DNA of 64,000 bases from a virus. The notes below the pieces were generated by a model. It was not told the origin of the DNA. It worked only from the letters and a program-made list of their open reading frames with translations, and made no database searches. The stretch lies in the IMG/VR virus record IMGVR_UViG_3300021964_000017; one strand, 5' to 3'. A program made the position numbers and the translations under genes. Of this stretch, positions 63,966 to 64,000 are shown one piece after another. How positions within the stretch are numbered: position 1 is the stretch's first letter; every line of letters begins with the position of its first letter.

Positions 63966-64000
63966 TAGCTTCTTCCTGGCTTATCCCATCCCTTTAATAT
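63965..64000 (-). CDS. 3' end of an upstream gene (partial)
   Basis: ...ILKGWDKPGRS* with TAATG coupling to the next start. Confidence 0.5.
   Translation of the reverse strand: MLKGWDKPGRS

Noticed and set aside
1-64000. Diversity-generating retroelement, integrase, transposase or stop-codon recoding
   Set aside because: No reverse transcriptase, recombinase or TR/VR pair seen; all three stop codons terminate genes normally

Overview
A 64-kb segment of a large T4-like myovirus genome, AT-rich and probably marine. Class II RNR and sigma70 promoters lacking -7T weakly suggest an alphaproteobacterial host; this is inference. Layout: tail-fibre genes (1-1.8 kb, 11.8-14.3 kb) enclose a 9-kb island of modifying enzymes: two radical SAM/SPASM systems, a carbamoyltransferase, two SGNH proteins, a kinase-like protein, a methyltransferase and 3-4 glycosyltransferase-like genes. 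Next come the baseplate wedge and hub genes (VrlC-like, gp8, gp9, gp7, gp6, gp25, a gp5 locus split over four genes, gp53, gp48), then gp4, gp2, gp54, gp26/gp51 and a tape-measure-like gene, followed by gp32 and gp33. An early hypervariable region carries repeated promoters, tRNA-Arg, tRNA-Trp and a candidate structured ncRNA. A second glycan-building cluster follows (GT25 x2, sulfotransferase, methyltransferase, other GTs), then glutaredoxin, PhoH, RNase H, a GIY-YIG protein, NrdJ, spanins and a block of probable capsid-internal, protease-processed proteins. Most notable: (1) a strongly over-represented D-S-D tripeptide confined to peripheral tail/baseplate proteins, which together with the late-promoter-driven enzyme island suggests a phage-encoded virion decoration (glycosylation) system with its own sequon; (2) a probable -1 frameshift joining gp26 to gp51; (3) polyprotein-like internal head proteins. 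All calls come from motif reading by eye; no database searches were run.
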